The notes beneath the pieces were generated by a model that did no database searches, had not been told where the DNA came from, and saw nothing but the letters and a program-made list of their open reading frames with translations. DNA of 64,000 nt, taken from Vampirovibrionaceae bacterium NZW_1234. Lineage in GTDB: Bacteria > Cyanobacteriota > Vampirovibrionia > Vampirovibrionales > JAGQHJ01. The translations under genes and the position numbers were made by a program. Where the stretch lies: positions 96,001-160,000 of the forward strand of contig JBGUGD010000025.1 of assembly GCA_041697335.1 (NCBI GenBank), given 5' to 3'. Below, piece by piece: positions 50,189 to 59,478 of this stretch. Each line of letters opens with the position of its first letter. Position 1 is the first letter of the stretch.

Positions 50189-51151
50189 ATGGGAATTGAT
50201 ATATTTAGCCTGCAATTACTTGAATTAGGCAGGGCCATTGGTATTAATTTCAACTCGGTACTCCTGATTGGTAGACACCAATTGTTTATGAGTCCCTATG
50301 AGCTTAATACCTTCTATCGAATACTCCAAAAGAATCAGATTCCCACCCCTGAATTACAAGGAAACTACGGTCCCTACTCCGAGCGTTTTTTAAGTGAAGT
50401 ATTTGGTGCAAGCATAATTGACTCTGTAGATACAAGCGATTATGAAGGGGCTACAATTGTTCAAGATATGAATATGCCCTGGAAGCCTGAAAAACAATAC
50501 AATGTTGTTTTGGACTTCGGAACGCTCGAACATGTCTTTAACTTCCCTGTTGCCGTTAGTAATGTCATCCAGGCCTGTAAAGAGGATGGCTATATCATCC
50601 ATGCGTTACCGGGAAATAATTGGAGTGGGCACGGGTTTTATCAATTCTCCCCAGAGCTGTTCTTCAGTCTCTACTCAGAAGAAAGAGGGTTTAAAAACAC
50701 GAGAGTCTTTGCTGCAGAGCTGTTTAATACCGATGACTGGTATGTGTTGACTTCTCCTAAAGATCTCAAAGCTCGATTGGAAATCAGTAACCTCGAACAA
50801 ACCTATGTCTTGGTTATCACACAAAAAACGGAACACGCAGAATTACCAATCGATAGCCCTCCCTATCAATCAGACTATGTCACGAGCTGGGAACAATCAG
50901 AACAGACACTATATATTCCAAAAACAACCCGAATTGGGATCATTCGAAAACAGCTGAAGCGTATCTGCCTAATTGGCTGGGTTATCCGGTTAGGACAAAT
51001 TTTAAATATGAATCGTCGAATTGGAGTCCATGGGTATCGTAAAGAGGCCTTAAAAAAATGGAAATATGTATCACTGCTAAAAAGCTATTATTCAACGGTA
51101 CAGAGATCCACTCGAGATTGTGCAAAAGAAATCTCAGGAATTAACAGTTAG
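50189..51151 (+). CDS. Class I SAM-methyltransferase-like hypothetical protein
   Basis: SVD.SDYEGA....DMN, DFGTLEHVFN, GHGFYQFSPE; AT-rich. Confidence 0.7.
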   Translation: MGIDIFSLQLLELGRAIGINFNSVLLIGRHQLFMSPYELNTFYRILQKNQIPTPELQGNYGPYSERFLSEVFGASIIDSVDTSDYEGATIVQDMNMPWKPEKQYNVVLDFGTLEHVFNFPVAVSNVIQACKEDGYIIHALPGNNWSGHGFYQFSPELFFSLYSEERGFKNTRVFAAELFNTDDWYVLTSPKDLKARLEISNLEQTYVLVITQKTEHAELPIDSPPYQSDYVTSWEQSEQTLYIPKTTRIGIIRKQLKRICLIGWVIRLGQILNMNRRIGVHGYRKEALKKWKYVSLLKSYYSTVQRSTRDCAKEISGINS

Positions 51152-51347
51152 GCGATCAAAGTAACTCATTTTTTTAAATATATATAAGAATCTAAAAAAA
51201 AGATTAACGGCCGCAATTTTTTTCATAATAGTGTTTTTATTTTCATAGAGTCCTTAATTATTTTGTAAGGCTTCTACCCTTATAAGGGCCTCATTATGGC
51301 GTGTTAAGCCATTGAGGAAGGTTCGCTTCAGAAGTTAGGAGGTCGTA

Positions 51348-51422
51348 TTGGTAACGCTTTTAGTTTTATTGAATCAAGTTTGTAGAATTCCGAAGCATCG
51401 TGTCATTTTTTGCAGATGCTAG
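51348..51422 (+). CDS. Possible 24-aa peptide MVTLLVLLNQVCRIPKHRVIFCRC
   Basis: AGGAGG five nt before a TTG start; no other support. Confidence 0.3.
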   Translation: MVTLLVLLNQVCRIPKHRVIFCRC

Positions 51423-51657
51423 CTGTGGCTTCCCCGAGTTAGATCGCATTAGACAGGACTGACAAATCATCGTGGTGCTTTCACCTCATACCCCGATGGT
51501 CGAAACGACCTGTCTTGTGTTTGAAATCATCAAAGAAAGGAGGTTCTTCACCCACACATCAAAAATAATACTGTTACTGCAAAGATGGGCACGATGAATC
51601 AATCACGATATGGAGTGAGAGTGTCCATAGTATTGTAAAAGTCGTCAATTGATGCAC

Positions 51658-51693
51658 ATCAGGTTGCCTCGGCCAAGGCAACCTGATTGTTTT
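51658..51693 (+). terminator. Rho-independent terminator
   Basis: ATCAGGTTGCCT/AGGCAACCTGAT followed by TGTTTT. Confidence 0.75.
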
Positions 51694-51709
51694 GGAGAGA
51701 AAAAGAAAG

Positions 51710-52339
51710 TTATCGCTTGATAAAAAGTCCCAGATATTCTTCGCCTTGACGATCGCCCCAGGAATTCTGGGCCAAGGACAGTTGAGCCACTTCAAACGCA
51801 GGGGAAAACAAGTCGAGAAGTTCTTTCTCACTTGTGCTATAGGGAGGGCCACCTGTCTGGGGGTGAATCCAAAAAAGTCCAAGGAGCTTTCCACCAGTCT
51901 TCAGGAGTGATGAGACGGTTTGGACATAGGCTTGACGCTGAGTGGGGCGGATGGCACAAAAACAGGTGTATTCCAGAACATAATCAAACTGATGGGTGTA
52001 TTTGGGATCCAGTTGAAAAATATCGGCTTGCTCAAAGCTTGCCCACTGTCCATAACGAGCCTTGGCTGCTTCAATCGCCTGAGGAACAAAATCAAAGCCT
52101 ATGACATCAAACCCTTTTTGGCCGAAGAAACCGGCATCATGCCCTCGGCCACAGCCCAACACCGCCATTTTCCCGGGGGGCAAGAATCCCTTGGAATCGG
52201 ACTCGATGAGATCGACAAAGGGGGGTGCAGGTTGATCGATATCCCATGGGGTCGATTCATTGGCATAACGTGTCTCCCAAAAGGCAGGTTGATCACTGGT
52301 TAGACTTTCAGAATTGGGTTCATTGGTCGCTTGGGTCAT
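51710..52339 (-). CDS. TPMT/halide-thiol methyltransferase family
   Basis: FWETRY....TPWD, VLGCGRGHD, EYTCFCAI, GGPPY; GGAGG SD before ATG 52339. Confidence 0.9.
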   Translation of the reverse strand: MTQATNEPNSESLTSDQPAFWETRYANESTPWDIDQPAPPFVDLIESDSKGFLPPGKMAVLGCGRGHDAGFFGQKGFDVIGFDFVPQAIEAAKARYGQWASFEQADIFQLDPKYTHQFDYVLEYTCFCAIRPTQRQAYVQTVSSLLKTGGKLLGLFWIHPQTGGPPYSTSEKELLDLFSPAFEVAQLSLAQNSWGDRQGEEYLGLFIKR

Positions 52340-52507
52340 CGTACTTCGGTTAAACCTCCGTTGCGAAACGTAACAATGAATTGACAATCTCGAATATTTG
52401 CGAGACAGTGACGGCTTGATTTGCGCGTATGGAACATGGACTATTTTTTCTTGCTAATGTCACCCTAGCGCAAATTGGGAGTCAGGAAAATGGGTGGAGT
52501 GTTTGAT

Positions 52508-53305
52508 ATGAACGTTTCAATGTCAAACCGGCAATGGCGCGTGTTTTCGAAACCGGTACAGGAACCGCGCAGGAATGATGTGAATTTATCGTTGCGACAT
52601 GGTCAATCACCTCGGTTTGGAGGGAATGACACGGGTTCGTATGCGCCCAACCTTCATCAGTGTCTACAGCAATGGGCAATTCGGGCATTAACCTACTTGA
52701 AAACCTTGATTGGGGACTTGCTCCAAAAGCTGGTAGCCCCATTGGCCAAAGGGGAAACCCGCGTGCTACATAAGACGAAATTCCTGGAAATGTGCGAATA
52801 TCAGAGCCCCAATATCAACCATCCATGGATTTATGTCCGGTCCCCCATCGCCAAAGGGGCTGTGGTGGTTGTCCCGGTCAAAAACGACAAATTGATTCTC
52901 ATCGAGCAGAAACGTCCGCCTCTTGAACATCTGGATGGCCAGGACACCAAAGGTGTTATTGAGCTTCCAGCGGGCCTCATCGGCGATGAGTCCGATCGGC
53001 AGGATGAGAATGCAATACAAGCCGCCAAAACGGAGCTGCTTGAAGAAACGGGATATAAGGCCAAATCGTTTACCTATCTGGGCAAAGGGGCCACATCACC
53101 GGGGATGAGCAATGAAGTTGTCCAATATGTGAAAGCCGAGAACCTGAAGCGGGTCTCGAAAACGCTGGGGACTGAAAGTGAGGCCATTGTGAAGGTTCAT
53201 CAGGTCCCACTCAAAGGGATTCAAGAGTGGTTGAAGGAAAAACAGAACGAAGGCTATGTTATTAACTGCTCTGTTTATTCCGGCCTGGGTTTGCTAAATA
53301 AGTAA
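52508..53305 (+). CDS. NUDIX hydrolase (ADP-ribose pyrophosphatase-like) with N-terminal leader
   Basis: IELPAGLIGD...E....AAKTELLEETGY Nudix box, TSPGMSNE. Confidence 0.88.
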   Translation: MNVSMSNRQWRVFSKPVQEPRRNDVNLSLRHGQSPRFGGNDTGSYAPNLHQCLQQWAIRALTYLKTLIGDLLQKLVAPLAKGETRVLHKTKFLEMCEYQSPNINHPWIYVRSPIAKGAVVVVPVKNDKLILIEQKRPPLEHLDGQDTKGVIELPAGLIGDESDRQDENAIQAAKTELLEETGYKAKSFTYLGKGATSPGMSNEVVQYVKAENLKRVSKTLGTESEAIVKVHQVPLKGIQEWLKEKQNEGYVINCSVYSGLGLLNK

Positions 53306-53479
53306 TGGCTGGATTCAATGGCAGAGACTGCTTCTGGAAGTTAAGTTTTATAACAAAATCACGGATGGAAATGCATTTTTAAGCTTCACGGTTTTTATTT
53401 CGTTACCCTGTTTGTGTTATAAACAACTACAGTATTTTGACTATCATTTTTGGTGACGATAAATAAGGGAAAGGATACT

Positions 53480-55153
53480 ATGGCTGAAGCATCGGGAATG
53501 CAATCCCCATCGCTTCTTTCGCGGATGTTTAAGCGAAAGAACCTGGATGACATTATTGCCGCATCCGAAAATGCGGAACACAAGTTGAAAAAGACGTTGA
53601 CCGCATTTGATTTGGTTATTTTCGGTGTCGGGGCAATGATTGGTGCCGGGATTTTCGTTTTGACCGGTTCTGCAGCCGCTGGTTCTGAAGGTCACTTGGC
53701 TGCGGGTCCGGCACTTACTCTGTCCTTTGTCCTTACAGGTCTGGTCTGTGCGTTTTGCGCCTTAGCTTATGCCGAGTTTGCTGCCATGGTACCTGTCTCC
53801 GGAAGTGCCTATACCTATACATACTCCACACTGGGCCAAATGGCGGCCTGGATTATCGGTTGGGCTTTGGTGCTTGAATATGCCGTCGGCAATATGGCTG
53901 TGGCAGTCGGTTGGACAGGCCATATTAAGGAGTTTCTCGAACAGTTCCTACACCTCTCCTTACCCACGGCCTTAACCAGCAATACCATTGATATTGCTTT
54001 CGAAGCCAGTAAAATCAACCCGGATAATCTGTTACAGACCATTCCGCTTGAAATTTTTGGTCATCCATTCTTTTTAGCCCTCTACAATGCCTTTAACGTT
54101 CCTGCCTTTATTATTGTGCTGGCCGTCACGGCACTTCTGTATGTTGGTGTTCAGGAAAGCGCCCGCACAGCCGCTTTTATGGTTTTTCTTAAAACGGCCG
54201 TCGTTTTGCTCTTTATCGGGGTTGGCGGAACCTACCTCTTGAACCAGGTGTTCAATATGCCCTTTGAAACCTCGGCATTCCACAAGAACTGGTTTGAGAA
54301 CGGAATGCAAACGTTTGCACCCAATGGCTTACAAGGGATCATTACCGGTGCTTCCACCATCTTCTTCGCCTATATCGGGTTTGATGCTGTTTCAACGGCT
54401 GCCGAAGAAACCAAAAATCCCCAGCGTGATATCCCGATTGGGATTATTGGTTCTTTGGCTATTTGTACGTTACTGTACATTATCGTTTCTGCCGTCATTA
54501 CCGGGGTTGTTCCCCTGCACGAAATCAACAAGGAAGCCGCTGTTGCTGCTACCATGAGCTATGTTGGCTTCGAATGGGCATCTTTGGCGGTCAATATCGG
54601 TGCTATTGCCGGTTTAACCTCAGTTCTACTGGTACTTCAAATGGGCGGTGTTCGTATTTTCTACGCCATTTCCCGAGATAACCTCTTGCCGGCGTTCCTG
54701 GCAAAAGTTCATCCCAAGTTCCAAACACCGCACATCTGTACCATCATTGTCGGTTTGTTTGTGGCCTTGTTCGGTGCCATGTTGCCGATTACTCTGCTGG
54801 CCGAAATGTGTAATATCGGGACCCTGGGTGCCTTCATCGTGGTCTGTGCGGGCGTGATGCTGCTTCGCTTCACCGACAAAGAACGTCCCCGCCCGTTCAA
54901 GTGCCCGATGGGTATCTTGCTTCCCTTGATCGGGATTGCCGGTTGTATTTATATTGCGAGCGGCCTGCCTTCCGTCACTTGGGCGATGTTCTGGGGCTGG
55001 TTTGCCTTAGGCATGGTCATTTACCTGGGCTATGGCTTGCCCAATAGTGCCAAAGCCGAAGCTCTGGCATTAAAAAAAACACTTAACACCCCCAATTTAT
55101 CCGTCGTAAAAAACGACAATGATAAATCGGTAGATCTGGAGCCTGTAGGCTAG
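53480..55153 (+). CDS. APC-family amino acid permease (cationic amino acid transporter-like)
   Basis: GAMIGAGIF, YAEFA, GSAY.Y, FFAYIGFD, EETKNPQR. Confidence 0.93.
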   Translation: MAEASGMQSPSLLSRMFKRKNLDDIIAASENAEHKLKKTLTAFDLVIFGVGAMIGAGIFVLTGSAAAGSEGHLAAGPALTLSFVLTGLVCAFCALAYAEFAAMVPVSGSAYTYTYSTLGQMAAWIIGWALVLEYAVGNMAVAVGWTGHIKEFLEQFLHLSLPTALTSNTIDIAFEASKINPDNLLQTIPLEIFGHPFFLALYNAFNVPAFIIVLAVTALLYVGVQESARTAAFMVFLKTAVVLLFIGVGGTYLLNQVFNMPFETSAFHKNWFENGMQTFAPNGLQGIITGASTIFFAYIGFDAVSTAAEETKNPQRDIPIGIIGSLAICTLLYIIVSAVITGVVPLHEINKEAAVAATMSYVGFEWASLAVNIGAIAGLTSVLLVLQMGGVRIFYAISRDNLLPAFLAKVHPKFQTPHICTIIVGLFVALFGAMLPITLLAEMCNIGTLGAFIVVCAGVMLLRFTDKERPRPFKCPMGILLPLIGIAGCIYIASGLPSVTWAMFWGWFALGMVIYLGYGLPNSAKAEALALKKTLNTPNLSVVKNDNDKSVDLEPVG

Positions 55154-55182
55154 ACCTGCTTTCCAGTCTATCCAAAGTTATG

Positions 55183-55220
55183 ACACGAGAGAGGACAAGG
55201 TTCTCTCTCGTGTTCTTTTT
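55183..55220 (+). terminator. Rho-independent terminator
   Basis: ACACGAGAGAGGA/TTCTCTCTCGTGT followed by a T tract. Confidence 0.75.
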
Positions 55221-55289
55221 GAAGGGCTTGCAAGCCAAGCCGGTTAATGGCACTCTATGAAAATGCATCCAATGTAGCGATGAGGTCTC

Positions 55290-56456
55290 ATGCTCCCTCC
55301 AATTCCCAATATCAATGGTCGAAAACCCAAGATTGCCGTTGCCATGAGTGGCGGCGTAGATAGCAGCATGGTGGCCTACCTTTTGGCAGAAGCAGGGTAT
55401 GATCTCGTTGGCTTTACCGCCTGGACCCTTAATGGTCCCGGCAAATGCTGTAATGATGCCTTGATTAATGCGGGTCGCATGTGCGAACGGCTCGGCTTTC
55501 CCTACGATACTGTGGACTTACGAGAAGCCTTCGCCCACTTTGTCATGGACTACTATGAAAACTCCTATCGGGAAGGGTTAACACCCAACCCGTGTGTTGA
55601 ATGCAACCGCTACATCAAGTGGGAACGCTTGATCGAGTATGCCCGTCATGATCTCGGCGCAGACTACATTGCCACAGGGCACTATGCACGTATTGAGCAT
55701 GGCGAAGACGGCAGTGTGCGAGTTTTCCGGGGACAAGATAAACGCAAGGACCAGACCTATATGCTGGCCCGTGTCAAACCGGAAGACCTTCGCCATACCC
55801 TGTTCCCACTGGCCTACTACGAAAAACCGCACCTGGTGGAATTGGCTCAGAAGCTGGACATTCCAACAGCCTATAGTAAAGAAAGTCAGGATGTCTGCTT
55901 TGTCCTGAACGGTCAGGCAAACTATATAAGCCAAGTCCTCGGCAAACGCCAAGGTGACATCGTAGACTATGATACCGGCAAGCATTTGGGACATCACGAC
56001 GGTCACTATCTCTTTACCCTGGGACAACGCAAAGGGGTCGGGGTTGCCGCAGGGCGCCCGGTGTATGTCGTGAAAATCGACAAGCAGTCCAATACGGTTT
56101 ACGTGGGTGACCCGCATCACCTGGAGCAGACCATTTTTCAGGCCCAAGATGTCAGCTGGATCTGCGAACCTGAGGCTGATGAGTTTAAAGCCATGGTCAA
56201 AATCCGCTACAATACACCCGCCGCAATGGCGACTTGCCGAAAATTGACGAATAACGCAGGGGCCCAACAGGTGGAAGTCATCTTTGATGAACCAGCGATG
56301 GCAGTGACTCCGGGACAAATAGCGGCATTTTATGATGTGACGGATACGGAAATCCTGGGTGGGGGGTATATTGGAGCCCACCTCGTGCATCGGCCCTTTG
56401 TGCCTGGCCAACGCGAGCTGCCTTCTTATGATGATGTCTGCGGAATATTCCGATAG
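55290..56456 (+). CDS. mnmA: tRNA 2-thiouridine(34) synthase
   Basis: AMSGGVDSS, TPNPCVECN, ATGHYA, KDQTY, ESQDVCF, TLGQRKG, TPGQ. Confidence 0.96.
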   Translation: MLPPIPNINGRKPKIAVAMSGGVDSSMVAYLLAEAGYDLVGFTAWTLNGPGKCCNDALINAGRMCERLGFPYDTVDLREAFAHFVMDYYENSYREGLTPNPCVECNRYIKWERLIEYARHDLGADYIATGHYARIEHGEDGSVRVFRGQDKRKDQTYMLARVKPEDLRHTLFPLAYYEKPHLVELAQKLDIPTAYSKESQDVCFVLNGQANYISQVLGKRQGDIVDYDTGKHLGHHDGHYLFTLGQRKGVGVAAGRPVYVVKIDKQSNTVYVGDPHHLEQTIFQAQDVSWICEPEADEFKAMVKIRYNTPAAMATCRKLTNNAGAQQVEVIFDEPAMAVTPGQIAAFYDVTDTEILGGGYIGAHLVHRPFVPGQRELPSYDDVCGIFR

Positions 56457-56486
56457 ATTCATCATCCGTTATAAGGACACCCAAAG

Positions 56487-57056
56487 ATGATACAGACACA
56501 TCGCATTGGAATACCGCCTCGATTCGCCGGGATTTACCGTGTGATTCCGGTGCCCGTTTCCCAACCTGCACCCTCATTTCCCTTAAACAGTTCCAGTACT
56601 TCTCTAAGGCAACAAGAACGCTGTCGTCTTCGGAGCTCTCTATGGGAATGGGCTGCGTATGCGGCCAATCAAGCCCAAGGCATCTATCAGCGATGGGTAC
56701 CCTTTGCATCAGGTTCGACGAATCCGCTGGCCCAGCGAAATCAGGTGATTGCTCGAAACGCGGCGCAAAAGATCCCGGATACCCAGCATCCTCAAGTCAT
56801 TGAGGTGAGCTCAGAATACTATCTCGTGACCAATGATGCTCAAGGCGCTCACAACGCTGCGTTGTGGAAAGAACTGGGCTCTCATATCGATGCGTGTTTC
56901 GCGAGCCAGGTAAAAATGAAGCCAGGACAAAGCGAACGCTTACTCGCTTTCCTGAGGCATTACCAGAACCAGGGGCAGGTTATGCCACTGAAGGCTCATT
57001 ATCTGGAGCACCCCAATGGAGAATACCCCGTTATCCACACCGAGTTTCCCGGGTAG
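56487..57056 (+). CDS. Hypothetical protein (PPRFAG leader)
   Basis: AAGGA SD; fills the mnmA-transketolase gap. Confidence 0.72.
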   Translation: MIQTHRIGIPPRFAGIYRVIPVPVSQPAPSFPLNSSSTSLRQQERCRLRSSLWEWAAYAANQAQGIYQRWVPFASGSTNPLAQRNQVIARNAAQKIPDTQHPQVIEVSSEYYLVTNDAQGAHNAALWKELGSHIDACFASQVKMKPGQSERLLAFLRHYQNQGQVMPLKAHYLEHPNGEYPVIHTEFPG

Positions 57057-57130
57057 GCCCGGAGCAAATTCCCATCAGCCACAGACCAATATGATATACT
57101 AGTGGTGTAGAGTAAAGAGGCATCAGGCTT

Positions 57131-57916
57131 GTGAATACGCAATTGCTGGCGCGCCAGGTTCGGCGTGATAGCTTGAAACAAATCCATCGCGCGGGCTCGG
57201 GGCATCCGGGTGGTGCACTTTCTTCGGCGGACATTTTGGCAGTTCTGTATCGCAATATCCTGAATTTGGACGGACCGAGCCGAGACCGGTTTATCTTGTC
57301 CAAGGGCCATTCCGCCCCAGCCCTCTATGCTGTGTGGGCCAATAGCCAATTAATTGAACATGAAGCCCTTCAGGGCTTTCGCAAATTAAATGCCCCGCTC
57401 CAGGGCCATCCCCATGTGCTGGCAACGCCGTTATGTGAAACCAGTACCGGGTCCTTAGGGCAGGGCTTCTCCGTAGCCCTGGGGATAGCACTGGGCTATC
57501 GACATCAAGGTCTTTCCGGCCGTGTTTTTGCGCTGTTAGGCGATGGCGAACTTCAAGAGGGCATTGTGTGGGAAACAGCGATGTGTGCCGCCCAGTATAA
57601 GCTGAACAATCTCATTGCCATTCTGGATTACAATAAGCTCCAGAGTGATGACAGAAACAGCAATATCATCGGCCTCGAACCGCTGACCGATAAATGGCGT
57701 GCCTTCGGTTGGCATGTCCTGGAAGTGGATGGTCATGATCATGACGCCCTGTACGAGGCCTTGTCCCAAACTTACGATAAACCCACGTTTGTAGTTGCCC
57801 ACACCGTAAAAGGAAAAGGCGTCAGCTGGATGGAAAACATCCCGAAGTGGCATGGCAGTGTTAAATTAACCGATGACGAGTTGACCCGGGCCCTGGAAGA
57901 ATTAGGAGAGGAGTAA
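57131..57916 (+). CDS. Transketolase, N-terminal (TPP-binding) subunit
   Basis: GSGHPGG, DRFILSKGH, LQGHP, TGSLGQG, GDGELQEG..WE, KGKG. Confidence 0.93.
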   Translation: MNTQLLARQVRRDSLKQIHRAGSGHPGGALSSADILAVLYRNILNLDGPSRDRFILSKGHSAPALYAVWANSQLIEHEALQGFRKLNAPLQGHPHVLATPLCETSTGSLGQGFSVALGIALGYRHQGLSGRVFALLGDGELQEGIVWETAMCAAQYKLNNLIAILDYNKLQSDDRNSNIIGLEPLTDKWRAFGWHVLEVDGHDHDALYEALSQTYDKPTFVVAHTVKGKGVSWMENIPKWHGSVKLTDDELTRALEELGEE

Positions 57917-57919
57917 GTT

Positions 57920-58885
57920 GTGAGTAGCCAGCCTACATTGATTGGCATGTCGGGAGACACCTTGCGGGAAGCCTTCGGGAAGGCACTTGCCGATCTTATG
58001 GAACACTATCCCAATGTGGTGGTTCTGGATGGCGATGTCGCCGGCGGCACGGGGACCCACCACGTTCGTTCCCGGTATCCGGATCGCTTTTATCAGATGG
58101 GCATCGCTGAGCAGAATATGATGGGTGTAGCCGCCGGTATGGCAGCCACAGGCCTTATCCCTGTGGTTACGACCTTTGCCGCTTTCTCCCTGCGGGCTTA
58201 TGAGATTGCTCGACTCTCTGTGGCCTATGCCCAGCGCAATGTCAAAATTGTTTGCAGCCATCCGGGGCTTGACACTGGACCCGATGGGGCTTCGGCTCAA
58301 AGTATGGAAGATCTGGCCGCCTTTATGGCCATTCCCAATATGACCGTCCTTTCTCCAGCGGATCCGGTGGAGGTCAGATTGGCTACCAAGGCCATGCTGG
58401 ACCATCAAGGCCCGATTTACATGCGGACCGGCCGAAGCGCCACGACCCGTCTGTTTGATGAAAAGCATCGTTTCGAGATTGGCAAAGGACAAATTCTGAG
58501 ATCCGGCAGTGACATCACATTAATTGCCTGCGGTGTCCAGGTGGCTCGCTGCCTTGCTGCGGCCGAACTGGCTTCGAAGATGGGGATCTCCGTTCAAGTG
58601 GTTAATATGCCCACGCTTAAACCCATTGATGAGGCATTAATTCTTCAATGTGCCAAGGAAACCGGGATTCTGATGACCTCCGAAGACCATAACACCTTGA
58701 ATGGGTTGGGCTCGCAAGTGGCACGCGTGACAGCTCGCCACTGTCCTGTTCCTGTCTTTTGTCATGGGGTCCAGGACACCTTTGGTGAATCCGGTGAACC
58801 CGAAGAGCTCGCCGAAAAATATGGGCTTTCTGCCCCGTCGATTCTTCGTCAGTTACAGGATTTTCTGGCGCAGCACCGAAACTAA
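57920..58885 (+). CDS. Transketolase, C-terminal subunit
   Basis: GIAEQNM, GPDGAS.Q, GPIYMR, EDH...GLG, FGESG. Confidence 0.93.
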   Translation: MSSQPTLIGMSGDTLREAFGKALADLMEHYPNVVVLDGDVAGGTGTHHVRSRYPDRFYQMGIAEQNMMGVAAGMAATGLIPVVTTFAAFSLRAYEIARLSVAYAQRNVKIVCSHPGLDTGPDGASAQSMEDLAAFMAIPNMTVLSPADPVEVRLATKAMLDHQGPIYMRTGRSATTRLFDEKHRFEIGKGQILRSGSDITLIACGVQVARCLAAAELASKMGISVQVVNMPTLKPIDEALILQCAKETGILMTSEDHNTLNGLGSQVARVTARHCPVPVFCHGVQDTFGESGEPEELAEKYGLSAPSILRQLQDFLAQHRN

Positions 58886-59478
58886 GCCAAGAGTGTATCC
58901 GTCCCTGCCGGCCCAGCGGGAACAAAGGGAATATTATCCCCGCCAATAATTCCTTGGCCACCGGGAAGAGATTTGCCCACCGTAGAACTTAGCCCTTCCA
59001 TCAGGCCTCTGAGGTTGGTCTGTGCATTCGCATTGAGGGTTCCTCTCAGCTTCGGCGCATTTTTATTGGGGTCCCCACCGCTAAAATAGGGATCATTAGG
59101 AGTGTCGTAGCTGCTACCCCAATTGGCAACAGGGAACGTATCGCTGCCACCAATATCGGCTGTTGTGCCACGACGGCCTGAGGAGCCATTCGAATTATTT
59201 ACCCGGGGAGATCCGCCTGCAAGAAGCGTGTCCGTCCCTGCGGGGCCAGCCGGAACAAAAGGAACATTATCACCGCCGATGATGCCCTGACCACCCGGCA
59301 ACGATTTACCCACCGTTGAACTGAGGCCTTCCATGAGCCCTCGTAAATTGGTTTGAGCCCCTCGGCTCAAGGAACCATTTAATTTGGGTGCATTCTTGTT
59401 GGGATCACCACCACTAAAATACGGGTCATTGGGCGTTGAATAATCGCTAATCCGATTCGCCACATTTCCAAATGTCAT
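58882..59478 (-). CDS. Orphan 198-aa protein consisting of two 73-aa repeats
   Basis: AGGAGGT SD; residues 15-87 and 126-198 are 67/73 identical with mostly synonymous DNA differences. Confidence 0.9.
   Translation of the reverse strand: MTFGNVANRISDYSTPNDPYFSGGDPNKNAPKLNGSLSRGAQTNLRGLMEGLSSTVGKSLPGGQGIIGGDNVPFVPAGPAGTDTLLAGGSPRVNNSNGSSGRRGTTADIGGSDTFPVANWGSSYDTPNDPYFSGGDPNKNAPKLRGTLNANAQTNLRGLMEGLSSTVGKSLPGGQGIIGGDNIPFVPAGPAGTDTLLA

Noticed and set aside
51451..51515. Hammerhead-like CTGA...GAAA core between stems
   Set aside because: CTGACAA breaks the CUGANGA consensus, and there is no stem III or NUH cleavage triplet. A ZTP-riboswitch reading also lacks the 3' CUGGGC element.
55578..56465. 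295-aa minus-strand ORF
   Set aside because: Antisense shadow of mnmA; the same applies to long antisense ORFs over carB, ilvB/ilvC and transketolase
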